A stretch of DNA of 62,070 bases, filler included, from Planctomycetota bacterium (GTDB lineage: Bacteria; Planctomycetota; Planctomycetia; JALXBF01): NCBI GenBank assembly GCA_026991575.1. It is 4 parts of 4 records of this genome, joined end to end, with 100 filler letters (N's around TTAATTAATTAA, not from the genome) between each part and the next. Parts side by side here need not be neighbours in the genome. Positions count along the whole stretch, not along the records: positions 43,659 to 62,070 come from JALXBF010000094.1; 3 more parts are not named here. One strand, 5' to 3'. Within the stretch, counting starts at the first letter, position 1. Every line of letters starts with the position of its first letter. The notes below the pieces were generated by a model. The model saw only the letters and a program-made list of their open reading frames with translations. It ran no database searches and had not been told where the DNA came from. Below, one piece after another: positions 49,130-58,957 of this stretch. The position numbers and the translations under genes are program-made.

Positions 49130-51751
49130 ATGGTCGCCGACGCTACCTACTCCACCAGGGTCTGGCATCTAGTCTGCTTTGGCTCCGTTGCGGTTGCCCT
49201 GGTCGCCGTAGGGTATGTTGTCGCCCAGAACCAGAGAGCGTCCGGGCCGCGTGATGATCGCGTGGTGCTTGCCGTGCCGCAGAAAGCGTCGCTGCAGGGC
49301 GCGGCACCGGTCTCTGCGTTCATCCAGGATATGATCCGCCGGGCGGCTCAAGGGGGGGCTTCCGTGCTTTCCGTCGGCGACACGTACGATGACTTCCCGT
49401 CCGTTGCGATCACGGCCAACGGCGACGTCTACGTCGCGTACGCTGCGTTCACCGGCAGCTGTGATCAGGTGCGGCTGCATCGCCTGCTGCCCAATGGACG
49501 TTGGAGCACGTACAGCCCGGCACCGTTGGTGGAGCCGGCGGCCGATATCTGGATGCCTCAGTTGGCTGCCGATGGCCAGGGCAGGCTGTGGCTGATCTGG
49601 AGCGAGCAGATCGGTCGGACGCAAGCAGGCAAGGGGAATTGGGAGCTATTCGCACGCTGGTTCGACGGTACCCAGTGGGGGCCGCTGGTTCGGCTGACAG
49701 ATCTGCCCGGTCCGGACATCAATCACGCGGTGTTCACGGCGGCCAACGGGACGATCCACGTCGTCTGGCAGGCTCACCCGCAGGGCAACGGCGACATCTA
49801 CTACACGTGGTTCAACGGCAGTGAATGGCAGCCGCCCCGGGCCGTGACGTGCGACGAGGCGAGCGATTGGTTCCCCGACATCGCTGTCGACGCGAAGGGG
49901 GTTCCGTGGGTCGTGTTCGACAGCTATCGCCACGGCGATTACGACGTTTTTCTGACCGCTCTGTCTGGTCCGCATGACGGGAAGTTGATTCCGATCGCCA
50001 CGTCGCGCTACTACGAGGCACACGCATCGGTGGCATGCGGCCGGGACGGCCGGATCTGGATTGCCTGGGAGCAAGGGGGCTGGAACTGGGGGAAGGATCA
50101 GGGCTATTGGCTGCGACGCGAAGGTCGAAGCCCCGGCACGACGCTCGGCAGTACGCGTCGGGTTCGGGTCGCGTGCTGGCAAGATGGCCGGCTGTTTGCC
50201 GCACCGGAGCTGGCGCCGGCCCTGCCAAATCCAAACCGACCGACCGCTCAGCCACGTCTGGCCGTCGGCCCCGACGGCCGGGTCTGGTTGCGGTTCCGTC
50301 AGCTGGTGCGCCGGCGGGCTGGCCGGCGGTTCCGCCGCTGTTGGGTCGAGGAGGTCACCTATCTGCGATCGGAGGGTTGGGCCCCGGCCCGCGTGTTGCC
50401 AGCCAGCGCGGGGCGGATCAGCGTTTTTGCGCGGATTGCGCCCGCACCGGATGGCGCCCTCTGGGTTGCCTACGCCGGCGATGGCCGTACCGTCCCGAAC
50501 CTCCACCGGCCACTGCGCGACACGGTCATGGTCGTCAAGATCGCGCGGCCAGAAGGCCGGCCGGGCGGTCCCGCGGAGCTGCCTCCGTATGAGCCGCCTG
50601 AGCCGCCGCAGGGGAAGGGTCCCTGGGACGTTGAGCGGGAGCGCAAAGCGGTCGCCGCGATCCGTAACCATCGGGTCAGGCTCGCCGGCGCAGAGCTGCG
50701 GATCGTTCGCGGTGATCTGCACCGGCACACCGAGCTGAGCTGGGACGTTGGTCCGGGCAACGACGGCTCGTACCTGGACTTCTATCGGTACATGATCGAT
50801 GTTGCGGCTATGGACTTCGGGGCGATCACGGATCATCAGGGAGGGGGGCACTACGAGTACCACTGGTGGCTGACGCAGAAATCAGCCGACCTCTTCTACC
50901 TGCCGCCCCGGTTCGTGCCGCTGTACGGCTACGAGCGGAGCGTCGGTTATCCTCACGGGCACCGGAACATCTTCCACTCGTATCGCGGCGTACCGGTGTT
51001 TGCCTTCCGGCTCAGGACGGGCCAAACTGGCGTGTTCCCCGGCGTCGGTACCGGAGCCGTGGTGGATGACGATACGCAACTGCTGTACGAGTTTCTGCAC
51101 CGCAGTGGCGGGATCGCCATCTCGCACACGTCGGGCACGAGCACGATGGGAACGGACTGGCGCGACAACGATCCGTTGGTTGAGCCCGTGGTGGAGATCT
51201 ATCAGGGGGCGCGGAACAGTTACGAGACGCTCGGGGCACCGCGGGTGCATCCGCAGAACGAACCGCCGCAGCGCGCCCCGGGTGGCTTCCAGCAGAAGGG
51301 GCTGGTCTGGAACGCATGGGCCAAAGGCTACCGGCTGGGGGTGATCGCCTCCAGTGACCACGGCTCCACGCACATCAGCTATGCCCTGGTCTACACGCCG
51401 GAGGTGGATCGTGAGGCGATCATCGAAGCGATTCGCAGACGGCACACGTATGGCAGTACAGACAACCTGATCGTGGAATTCTGGGCTGACGGGCACTTCA
51501 TGGGCGAAGAGTACGAGACGGACAAGCCGCCGACGTTGACCTTGCGCGTGGCCGGCACCGCGCCCATAGCACGCGTCGATCTCATCCGCAGTGGCGAGTA
51601 CGTGTACACGGCAGCGCCGGGCAAGAAAGCCGTCGTGATCGAGCATACGGACCAAGCTTGTCCCCCGGGCACGCACTGGTACTATTTCCGCATCGTGCAG
51701 GCGGACGGAGAAATCGCCTGGGCCAGCCCGATCTGGATTACTCGCAAGTAG
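49130..51751 (+). CDS. exported beta-propeller + PHP-type metallohydrolase (DUF3604/CehA-McbA-like)
   Basis: AGGAGA RBS; GDLHRHT, AITDH, GHRN, VEIYQG, ASSDH metal-binding motifs. Confidence 0.78.
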   Translation: MVADATYSTRVWHLVCFGSVAVALVAVGYVVAQNQRASGPRDDRVVLAVPQKASLQGAAPVSAFIQDMIRRAAQGGASVLSVGDTYDDFPSVAITANGDVYVAYAAFTGSCDQVRLHRLLPNGRWSTYSPAPLVEPAADIWMPQLAADGQGRLWLIWSEQIGRTQAGKGNWELFARWFDGTQWGPLVRLTDLPGPDINHAVFTAANGTIHVVWQAHPQGNGDIYYTWFNGSEWQPPRAVTCDEASDWFPDIAVDAKGVPWVVFDSYRHGDYDVFLTALSGPHDGKLIPIATSRYYEAHASVACGRDGRIWIAWEQGGWNWGKDQGYWLRREGRSPGTTLGSTRRVRVACWQDGRLFAAPELAPALPNPNRPTAQPRLAVGPDGRVWLRFRQLVRRRAGRRFRRCWVEEVTYLRSEGWAPARVLPASAGRISVFARIAPAPDGALWVAYAGDGRTVPNLHRPLRDTVMVVKIARPEGRPGGPAELPPYEPPEPPQGKGPWDVERERKAVAAIRNHRVRLAGAELRIVRGDLHRHTELSWDVGPGNDGSYLDFYRYMIDVAAMDFGAITDHQGGGHYEYHWWLTQKSADLFYLPPRFVPLYGYERSVGYPHGHRNIFHSYRGVPVFAFRLRTGQTGVFPGVGTGAVVDDDTQLLYEFLHRSGGIAISHTSGTSTMGTDWRDNDPLVEPVVEIYQGARNSYETLGAPRVHPQNEPPQRAPGGFQQKGLVWNAWAKGYRLGVIASSDHGSTHISYALVYTPEVDREAIIEAIRRRHTYGSTDNLIVEFWADGHFMGEEYETDKPPTLTLRVAGTAPIARVDLIRSGEYVYTAAPGKKAVVIEHTDQACPPGTHWYYFRIVQADGEIAWASPIWITRK

Positions 51752-51768
51752 CCACCAGCCGATCGGTC

Positions 51769-52428
51769 ATGGATCTGTTCTTGCCGTCCGAACGCACGGA
51801 TCGGTTCGTGATTTACCTGACCGAGGAAGTGACCGGCGAGCAGTCCGTAGCGAGCCTGCTCTCGGTGCTCGAGCCCCTGCTGGCTGAGCTGGGCCTTGGT
51901 GCCGTGGCGCTTGCGCCTCGGAGCAGCTGGTGGTTGCCGAAGCCGGTGAGACGGTTCCCGGCGGCCGAAACCCCCGAGGCGTATCTGGTCGAGCATGTGG
52001 TCGGCGAGTTGCGCGCACGCTACGGTGCCCGCTCGCTAAGCCTGTTGGGCGTGGGCATGGGCGGCCAGGGCGCGCTGCGCATCGCGTTCAAGTACCCACG
52101 CCTGTTTCCAGCCGTGGCCGCCGTCCAGCCGTGGATCGACTTCCACCAGCGGTATTGGGAAGATGACGTACTCCAGGAAGTGTTCCCCGACGTCGAGACG
52201 GCCCGGCAGTATACCGCTACCCTGTGGATTAATCCGCTGGACCGCCCGCTCCACATCCATCTTTTCGCAGACAGTTCGGACACGGAATGGTACCGCGGCG
52301 TCGAGCGGTTGCATGAGAAGCTAGTGGCTATCGGCGTGCCGCACGATTGGACCGTGATCAGCCCCGGCAGGGACCGGGTTGCGGAGGCTGTCCAGGCTGC
52401 GCTCCGCTGGTTGGCACCGCGCTTCTGA
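51769..52428 (+). CDS. alpha/beta-hydrolase fold protein (esterase-like), nucleophile Ser absent
   Basis: LLGVGMGGQGALRIAFKYPRLFPAVAAV elbow region. Confidence 0.72.
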   Translation: MDLFLPSERTDRFVIYLTEEVTGEQSVASLLSVLEPLLAELGLGAVALAPRSSWWLPKPVRRFPAAETPEAYLVEHVVGELRARYGARSLSLLGVGMGGQGALRIAFKYPRLFPAVAAVQPWIDFHQRYWEDDVLQEVFPDVETARQYTATLWINPLDRPLHIHLFADSSDTEWYRGVERLHEKLVAIGVPHDWTVISPGRDRVAEAVQAALRWLAPRF

Positions 52429-52799
52429 GCCCACCAGGCTTGCGGCTCCCCCTGGCGGAAAGGCCTTGGCCTGTTTGCTCGGGGGGGCTCGCCCGGGGTG
52501 CGACGACCGAGGCCGGCACGGTCGAACGGTAAGCAGTAGCGGAGGCTGGGCAAGCCGGTCCCGGCAGCGGGTCGTCTGGACCGGTTCGCTCCGGCAGCCC
52601 TACGAGTCAGACTGCGCCTGCAGTGGGCGGCCTTCGCTGGCTCCAGCGCTGTCGCAGGGGTTTTCGGGCACGATGCCGACAGCCGGCGCCGCCCCTTGCC
52701 ATACCCTGGTGATCAGCCACGTACCCTGGCGGTCAACGGCGGCCGCAGCATGCTGGCCGATCCGGTTCGTGGTGGGTGTTTCCGGGGAGAAGATTGGCG

Positions 52800-54227
52800 A
52801 TGAGCAAACGCAGAATGAACCGGCGCGACTGGCTTCAGTCAGTGCTTGGTGCCGGCCTTGCTGCCGGCAACGTTGGCGTCTTTTGCGGGCAGCGTTCGCT
52901 GCAGGTCGCTCCCTTTGTAGCCGATGTCACGCCACCACTTGGCCATCCGCTACTGGGGGGCTGGATCGCGCCGGCCCGTTCGGTTCGTGACCCGCTCGAG
53001 GCAAAAGGGTTGGTCCTTCAGCACGGTGACCAACGGTGGGTTCTCTGCGCGTTGGACTGGTGCGAGCTGCGCAACGACGCTTACGACCGTTTTCGCTCCG
53101 GCCTGGCGCGCGCGGCCAAGACGGCACCGGACAAAGTGCTCCTGGCATGCGTGCATCAGCACGACGCCCCTTACGCCGACTGGCACGCGCAGCAGTTGCT
53201 CGATGAAGCCGGCTTGCGCGACCGGATGTTCCAACGGGAGTTCTTCCTGAAGGCAGTCGAGCGCGTGGCCCGGGCGGCCCGAGAGGCCTGCCGGAGACTT
53301 CGGCCGGTTGACCAGATCGGTGTCGGCCATGCCACCGTGGCGCGGGTCGCGTGTAACCGGCGGGTTGTCTTGCCGGATGGCCGCGCCAGCTACGCACGAA
53401 GCAGCTTCGTCCAAGACCTGACGATACGGAACGCGCCCGAAGGGGAAATCGATCCGACGTTGCGGATGATCAGCTTCTGGCGGGGGCAGGAGCCGGTTGC
53501 CGCGATCTGTTCGTACGCGGTCCATCCGATGAGCCGCTATGGACTAGGTCAGGTCTCGGGCGACTTCCCGGCAGAGGCCAGGCGGCGCTGGGAAGCGGCA
53601 CACGGCAACGTCCCGCTGGTGTACTTCACGGGCGCAGCAGGCGACACGACGGCTTCGAAGTACAACGACGGCACTGACGAGGCTCGCCATGGGCTGGCCG
53701 CTCGCCTTGCGGATGCGATGCACCGAGCCTGGCAACGGCAACGCCGTTTCTCGGCGCCAGCCCCCCGGCTCGTGATCGACACCGTTGCGTTCCGGCCCGA
53801 CGGCCCAGGACATCGTAGCGAACAAGAGTACGCCAGGCTCCTGGCGCAGCCGGGCCCCTATTTTCGGCGGGTCATGGCGGCGCTAACGCTCAGCTGGTTC
53901 CGGCGGTGCCGTGCCGGTCGACCGGTGCCGGTGTGGTTGCTTGAGTTCGGGGCTGCGGCACGCTTTCTGTTGCTGCCTGCCGAAGCGTTCGTTGCTTTTC
54001 AGCTCGCGGTTCATCGGCTTTGGCAAGACGGTAACACCGTCGTCTCAGCCTACGGAGAATGCGCACCGGGATACATCCCAACCGAGAAGGCGCGGGCGGA
54101 AGGATTCGCTGCAGGCGGTGGGTACTGCTGGGTCGCGCCTGGCGCGGAGAAGCTGCTTCTGGATGCCATCAAGCGGCTACATGCGCGTAGCGCACGCCCA
54201 ACCCAGAGCCGCGAACCGTCGCCGTAA
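52800..54227 (+). CDS. Tat-exported neutral/alkaline ceramidase-like hydrolase
   Basis: NRRDWL twin-arginine leader; DVTPP, DPLEAKGLVL, HQHDAP, YAVHP, GAAGD. Confidence 0.7.
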   Translation: MSKRRMNRRDWLQSVLGAGLAAGNVGVFCGQRSLQVAPFVADVTPPLGHPLLGGWIAPARSVRDPLEAKGLVLQHGDQRWVLCALDWCELRNDAYDRFRSGLARAAKTAPDKVLLACVHQHDAPYADWHAQQLLDEAGLRDRMFQREFFLKAVERVARAAREACRRLRPVDQIGVGHATVARVACNRRVVLPDGRASYARSSFVQDLTIRNAPEGEIDPTLRMISFWRGQEPVAAICSYAVHPMSRYGLGQVSGDFPAEARRRWEAAHGNVPLVYFTGAAGDTTASKYNDGTDEARHGLAARLADAMHRAWQRQRRFSAPAPRLVIDTVAFRPDGPGHRSEQEYARLLAQPGPYFRRVMAALTLSWFRRCRAGRPVPVWLLEFGAAARFLLLPAEAFVAFQLAVHRLWQDGNTVVSAYGECAPGYIPTEKARAEGFAAGGGYCWVAPGAEKLLLDAIKRLHARSARPTQSREPSP

Positions 54228-54473
54228 CAACGCAACGAGCCTCGAGCCTACTTGTCGCTAGATCGCCGTTTCGTACGGTAGGTCTCCGTCCCAGGCGGGG
54301 TGGGCAGGCTCTGAGCTAGTACGAACCGGACGCGGGTGAACGGCTGATGGGGGCCGGTGAAGGGGGGGCACGTGTCACACGGTTCGTGCCTGAGGCACAG
54401 GTCGGCCGGCTGACGGCGTCGCATGGTTCCTGTCGGTCGGCCCGCCGATGGCAGGAGCCTTGCACGCCGGGAG

Positions 54474-55358
54474 CTAGCCGAGCGGGCCGAGCCGCCGAGC
54501 GGTCAGAAGCGACAGCTTCAACAGGTGCCACTCCAGACCCGATGCGCCGAGGTCCGGTGGGGTCACTGCCTGGCCGCTACCGGTCTGTGTGGCCAATGGG
54601 CGCGCGACGATGAGCTGAATCGTGGGCAGGAAGCGCGGAACGATGATTTCCCACCGGTGGCTTCCCCCCGCGGGCAATGTTTCGGCCAGCTCCTCGGGAA
54701 GCCAGGCGGCGTGCATCGAGGCCCGGAAGTCGGCCATGAGCTGGCCGAGACCCTGCTGCGGATAGTCACCGGCAAGCACGTCGACGTAACGATCGTTCAG
54801 TTCCGGTGTGCGCAGCCGGACCAGGTCCGAAAGGACGATCCACCCTCCCGGTTGTACCAGCTGTTCAAACGCGCAGAGCAGCGCGCGAATCTGACGCAGG
54901 TTCTCGAAGTGGTGCAGGGCATTGTTGGACGTGATCAGGCGAAAGCTGTGTGGTCGGAAAAGCCGGTCGATCTCCAACGCGTTTGCTCGAATCAGGTGGA
55001 CCCGGTCATTCAGCCCCTCGGTGCAGACGCGCCGTTCCGCGGCCTGGAGCATCGGCGCCGACAGATCCATGCCAACAACCTCACGCATCGGGAAGTGCTT
55101 GGCCAACGCACAGGTGAAGTGACCCGGCCCGCAGCACACATCCAGTGCCCGGCCGTTGTGCCAGTCAGCCGGCAGGCGGCTCAAGAACCATAGGACCGCC
55201 TGGTAACTGAGTGCCAGCTTGCTTTCGCCGGCTCGGTCGTAGTCGCGTACCTGTTGCTGTTGCTCCATAGCCGCTGAGGGTTCCGGCACACGGGGGGCAC
55301 GCTGCGGCCCGATACTCTGACGGACGGCCAGCTTCAGCAATTGCAGAAAGGATGCCAT
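54474..55358 (-). CDS. class I SAM-dependent methyltransferase
   Basis: ALDVCCGPG, VGMDLS, NNALHHF, PGGWIVLSDL. Confidence 0.9.
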   Translation of the reverse strand: MASFLQLLKLAVRQSIGPQRAPRVPEPSAAMEQQQQVRDYDRAGESKLALSYQAVLWFLSRLPADWHNGRALDVCCGPGHFTCALAKHFPMREVVGMDLSAPMLQAAERRVCTEGLNDRVHLIRANALEIDRLFRPHSFRLITSNNALHHFENLRQIRALLCAFEQLVQPGGWIVLSDLVRLRTPELNDRYVDVLAGDYPQQGLGQLMADFRASMHAAWLPEELAETLPAGGSHRWEIIVPRFLPTIQLIVARPLATQTGSGQAVTPPDLGASGLEWHLLKLSLLTARRLGPLG

Positions 55359-55381
55359 CGTCGTCGTCCGCTCCCGGCCCT

Positions 55382-58354
55382 CTAGCGTCGCTGTGGCAGC
55401 GACGGGTTTCCACGCACGTCGAGCATGATGCCGCCTTCCTGCCGGAACTCGCCGGTGCGTGGCCAGTAGTACACTTTGCGTGCCCGCAGCACGTCCGGGC
55501 GCCGCCCCGGGGCGGTCTGGCGGTAGAAGGTTGCAAACCCGGTCCCGGTCGCCTCTGCCACCAGCTTCGGCTCAGCGGTTGTTGCATCGTATTTGAGCAC
55601 GTCGGCGTGGGCGTAGAAACCGTTGCCCTCCACACGTGCGTTGCCGCGTGCGAGGAACTGGAGAATCTGACCAATCCCGGTCAGACCACTGGTGTCGTTC
55701 CCGGCCCTGGCCGGGCCTCCGCCGCTGAGCAGCTCCAGTTGCTCACACGCCACGAACACCGCTCCCGCGGGCGGCTTCAGATGGGTGAACTTCGCATCCC
55801 GACCGGCTATCTGGGCGTGCCAGACGCGAACCCGACCCACGAATCGCACCAGTCGCTTCGCGCCTTGCTCGATTTCCATCATGCGGTCAAACAGTGCCAG
55901 TGTCCCGGTCCATTGCAGCGCCGCGGAATGGTCGGTCTGCTGTGGAACGGTCAGCGGTGAGGCCGGCCCGAAGTTGGCCAGCCAGAACTTACCCGGCCCG
56001 GCGATCACGATGCGCCGTTCCTTCTGGTCATACACCAGGCGGGGACATTCAATGACGGTGCGGCTAGTGTCCGACTCAGTGGTGAGTTCCACAGACCGTG
56101 TAGCCACTAGCTTGGCCAGCTGCACGTTCCGCTTGCGGCTGTCGCTGCCGGTTAGAGCCACCCGTTCCGACAGGAAGACTTCCAGCTTGTTGCAGCCGAT
56201 GGCCATCTCGCCCTGGCGAACGCTGACATCGCCGACGAACTCGGCGACCAGGCCATCGAAGAACATCTCACGCTGCCATCCGATCTGGACCGGCGTTTGC
56301 TGCTTGTCAGAGGCCTGGCTGGTAGCCAGCTGGACGGAGGCGGTCAGCTCCATTTCGCCGGCGCCTTGAACCCAGGCGACCTGAGTGGGCTGGTCAAAAC
56401 CGATCGTTTCGCCTCGGATGGTCAGGCCGTGGGCGATGATGGTGGCCGGTTTGCCGTTGACTTCGAAGAAGTGGCCACGCTGCAGAGTCTTGACGTGAAC
56501 CGTATCGGCTGTGATTTCGGTAACCTGCTCCCCGTCGGTGCTCTGCACCACACGCACCGCTTCCTGCGCCCAGATCTCGCGGGCCTCGGTCCTCTCGCCT
56601 CGCACTGCCAGGGTCACGCGAATCTGGCCGGCATCAATAGCCACGTGCTTGCCGGGCTTCGGTTCGGAGATTCGTCCTGGTTGCTGTCCTGGCGGTGCCA
56701 GTGGTGGTGTTCCGGCCTCCGGCTCGTCATCCGCGACGGCCGGGCGTATGCCCTTGACGCGGACGGCAGGGCCATCGCGCCAGACGGCAAATTGCCACAG
56801 TCCGGGGAGGCGGCTCTGTCGGGGCTGGGGTGCGGCAGCGGGTTTCTCGACAATGGCCGTCAGCAGCGTGGTCCGGAGCGTCAGGGTAGGGGCGCTCAAC
56901 ACGACCTCGCCCGACGCTTCGATTCGGCTCGGCAACGTGCCGTGCTGGTCCGTGCTGTCCGGGGGGGCGGCGGTTGAATCGAACCAGAGGCGCACGGCTC
57001 TCGTTGCTGTCAACTCACCGCGGCTGCCCTGCTGCACGCGGACGTTTCCTTTCAGTACCGCGATCTGCCGGTTCCCTTCCGTGTCCAGGACGGCCTCCTG
57101 CTGCCATGATGCAGTGGTGCCCTGGTCGTTGCCGTCGGCCGTCACGAGGCGGCCGGCGCCGGGGGCATGCGCTCGAAACCGCTTCTCCGGCAGGAACGCC
57201 AGGTCCAACGTGGGGACGAACAGCTGGAACCGCCCGTAACGGGCAGCAACTTCGCTGTCGCCGGTAAGCTGCACCCGCTTCGCCTGGTGATCGTAGACGA
57301 GCCGGGTAGCGATGGCCTGGAGATTACGGCTGGGTGAGAGGACCGTGACCGGCTGCCCGCTTGCGATGACTTGCTGGAGCGTGACTGCCGGCGGCTGTTG
57401 GCCGCTGCGCCGACGCGGTCGGTCGGCAGGTGCGGTGCCTTTCTGGAACTTCAGGCGGAGCTCATCTGCGGTGAGGACATCGGGCGGGGCGTCGGGCACC
57501 TGCATCGTCACCCGGACCTGCTTGTGGAATGCCGCGGTGAACTCGGCGGCGTCTACGACCAGTGGGCCGATGCACGTTACGCGGACCGCCTGTTTGCCGG
57601 CCTGCTCCTCGGGCTGTTTGCCGAGCACGGCCTGGGCGACCTGGCTGACCAGAGCGTCGACTCGGACGTTGCGCGCAAGCTGTAGGGACTCGACACGCAG
57701 TCGGTCGTCGGCTTCCGTGAGCGTTACCCGGCCGTCCTCCCCCTCGAGAACGATCTGGTCCACGGTAATGCGGATCTTGCCGGTTGACCAGACGAGCCGT
57801 CGTTTGCGATGGTACGTGACGTTTTCCAGGTGCACGTACACGTCGTCGGCCGGGTCGGTGGTGCCGCGGTTCCACGCAATGCGAACGTTCTGCTCGGCGC
57901 GGGCGATGACCGGTCGCATCTCCGAGAAGCTGGCCAGGCTGATAGGCCGCTCGAACTGGAGCCGGGCTTTGCCGGCTGAGAGCACGTAGGACTCGATCGA
58001 GTCGCTGTCATGCTCGACCAACCGGACGATACTCACCGGGGCCAGCACCATGCTCTTCTTCGTGGGGAACCGGTACTCGTTTGCGTACAGGAAGATGTCC
58101 TGGTCGGCCCAGTAAAGGCTGATGACCGCATTGGCTTGCCAGGAGTCCTCGCCGAACGTGTCCACAGCGACTCGGTGCGCAACGTCGGTGTTTTCGGCCA
58201 GCCGGCGCCAGTGGGCCGATTGGGCCGGGTTGGGCAAGAGCTCGGGGCTCAGTTCTGGCAATCCCCACAGTCGCTTGAAGGCAGCGACGTAGAGGGCGTA
58301 GCAGAACATCAGCGCGCTGAATGCAATAACGGCGAGAACGATTCGGCGGATCAT
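55382..58354 (-). CDS. large membrane-anchored OstA/LptA-like beta-jellyroll repeat protein
   Basis: single N-terminal TM; repeated strands such as RLVYDHQAKRVQLTG, FVGDVSVRQG, ARGNARVEG, ADVLKYD; directly downstream of kdsD-kdsC. Confidence 0.7.
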   Translation of the reverse strand: MIRRIVLAVIAFSALMFCYALYVAAFKRLWGLPELSPELLPNPAQSAHWRRLAENTDVAHRVAVDTFGEDSWQANAVISLYWADQDIFLYANEYRFPTKKSMVLAPVSIVRLVEHDSDSIESYVLSAGKARLQFERPISLASFSEMRPVIARAEQNVRIAWNRGTTDPADDVYVHLENVTYHRKRRLVWSTGKIRITVDQIVLEGEDGRVTLTEADDRLRVESLQLARNVRVDALVSQVAQAVLGKQPEEQAGKQAVRVTCIGPLVVDAAEFTAAFHKQVRVTMQVPDAPPDVLTADELRLKFQKGTAPADRPRRRSGQQPPAVTLQQVIASGQPVTVLSPSRNLQAIATRLVYDHQAKRVQLTGDSEVAARYGRFQLFVPTLDLAFLPEKRFRAHAPGAGRLVTADGNDQGTTASWQQEAVLDTEGNRQIAVLKGNVRVQQGSRGELTATRAVRLWFDSTAAPPDSTDQHGTLPSRIEASGEVVLSAPTLTLRTTLLTAIVEKPAAAPQPRQSRLPGLWQFAVWRDGPAVRVKGIRPAVADDEPEAGTPPLAPPGQQPGRISEPKPGKHVAIDAGQIRVTLAVRGERTEAREIWAQEAVRVVQSTDGEQVTEITADTVHVKTLQRGHFFEVNGKPATIIAHGLTIRGETIGFDQPTQVAWVQGAGEMELTASVQLATSQASDKQQTPVQIGWQREMFFDGLVAEFVGDVSVRQGEMAIGCNKLEVFLSERVALTGSDSRKRNVQLAKLVATRSVELTTESDTSRTVIECPRLVYDQKERRIVIAGPGKFWLANFGPASPLTVPQQTDHSAALQWTGTLALFDRMMEIEQGAKRLVRFVGRVRVWHAQIAGRDAKFTHLKPPAGAVFVACEQLELLSGGGPARAGNDTSGLTGIGQILQFLARGNARVEGNGFYAHADVLKYDATTAEPKLVAEATGTGFATFYRQTAPGRRPDVLRARKVYYWPRTGEFRQEGGIMLDVRGNPSLPQRR

Positions 58355-58400
58355 CCCGTGGACCCTAGCGGCCCAGTACTTAGCCGACCAGTCTCCGGGG

Positions 58401-58925
58401 CTAGGCGTCGTAGATTTCCATCACCTTGTCCCAGAGGCCCTGGGCACGGAGCAGGAACTCAACCAGTTCGCGGACGGCCCCCCGACCGCCGGGGCTGTTG
58501 GTCACCAGGTGGGCGGCTGCACGCACTTCGCCGACAGCGTCCGCGACCGCAACGGCCAGTCCGACCTCGCGCATGGCTGTCAAATCGGGCAGGTCGTCGC
58601 CGATAAAGCAGGTCTGCTCCGACGAGACCTTCTCCGTGGCCATTAGCTCGCGGATTGCCCGTGCTTTGTCAAGCCGACCTTGCACGACGTGGTGCACGGA
58701 CAGTTCCGCTGCGCGGTGGAAAACCGGCTCGGCGGTGCGGCCACTCAAGATCGCTGACCGCTTGCCGCAGCGGTGCCAGTAAGCCAGGGCGGCCCCGTCG
58801 CGTACGTAAAAGGTCTTCCACTCGCGACCGTCCGGACCTATGGTGATCGCGCCGGTGGTCAGGACGCCGTCGACGTCCATCACCAGTAGCTCGATCCGCC
58901 GCGCACGTTCGGTGAGGTCGGACAT
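58401..58925 (-). CDS. kdsC: KDO 8-phosphate phosphatase (HAD)
   Basis: MDVDGVLT, FYVRDG, FIGDDLPD, GGRGAVRE. Confidence 0.93.
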   Translation of the reverse strand: MSDLTERARRIELLVMDVDGVLTTGAITIGPDGREWKTFYVRDGAALAYWHRCGKRSAILSGRTAEPVFHRAAELSVHHVVQGRLDKARAIRELMATEKVSSEQTCFIGDDLPDLTAMREVGLAVAVADAVGEVRAAAHLVTNSPGGRGAVRELVEFLLRAQGLWDKVMEIYDA

Positions 58926-58957
58926 CGTTCCGTCCCCCCTGCAAGGTACCGCGCTGC

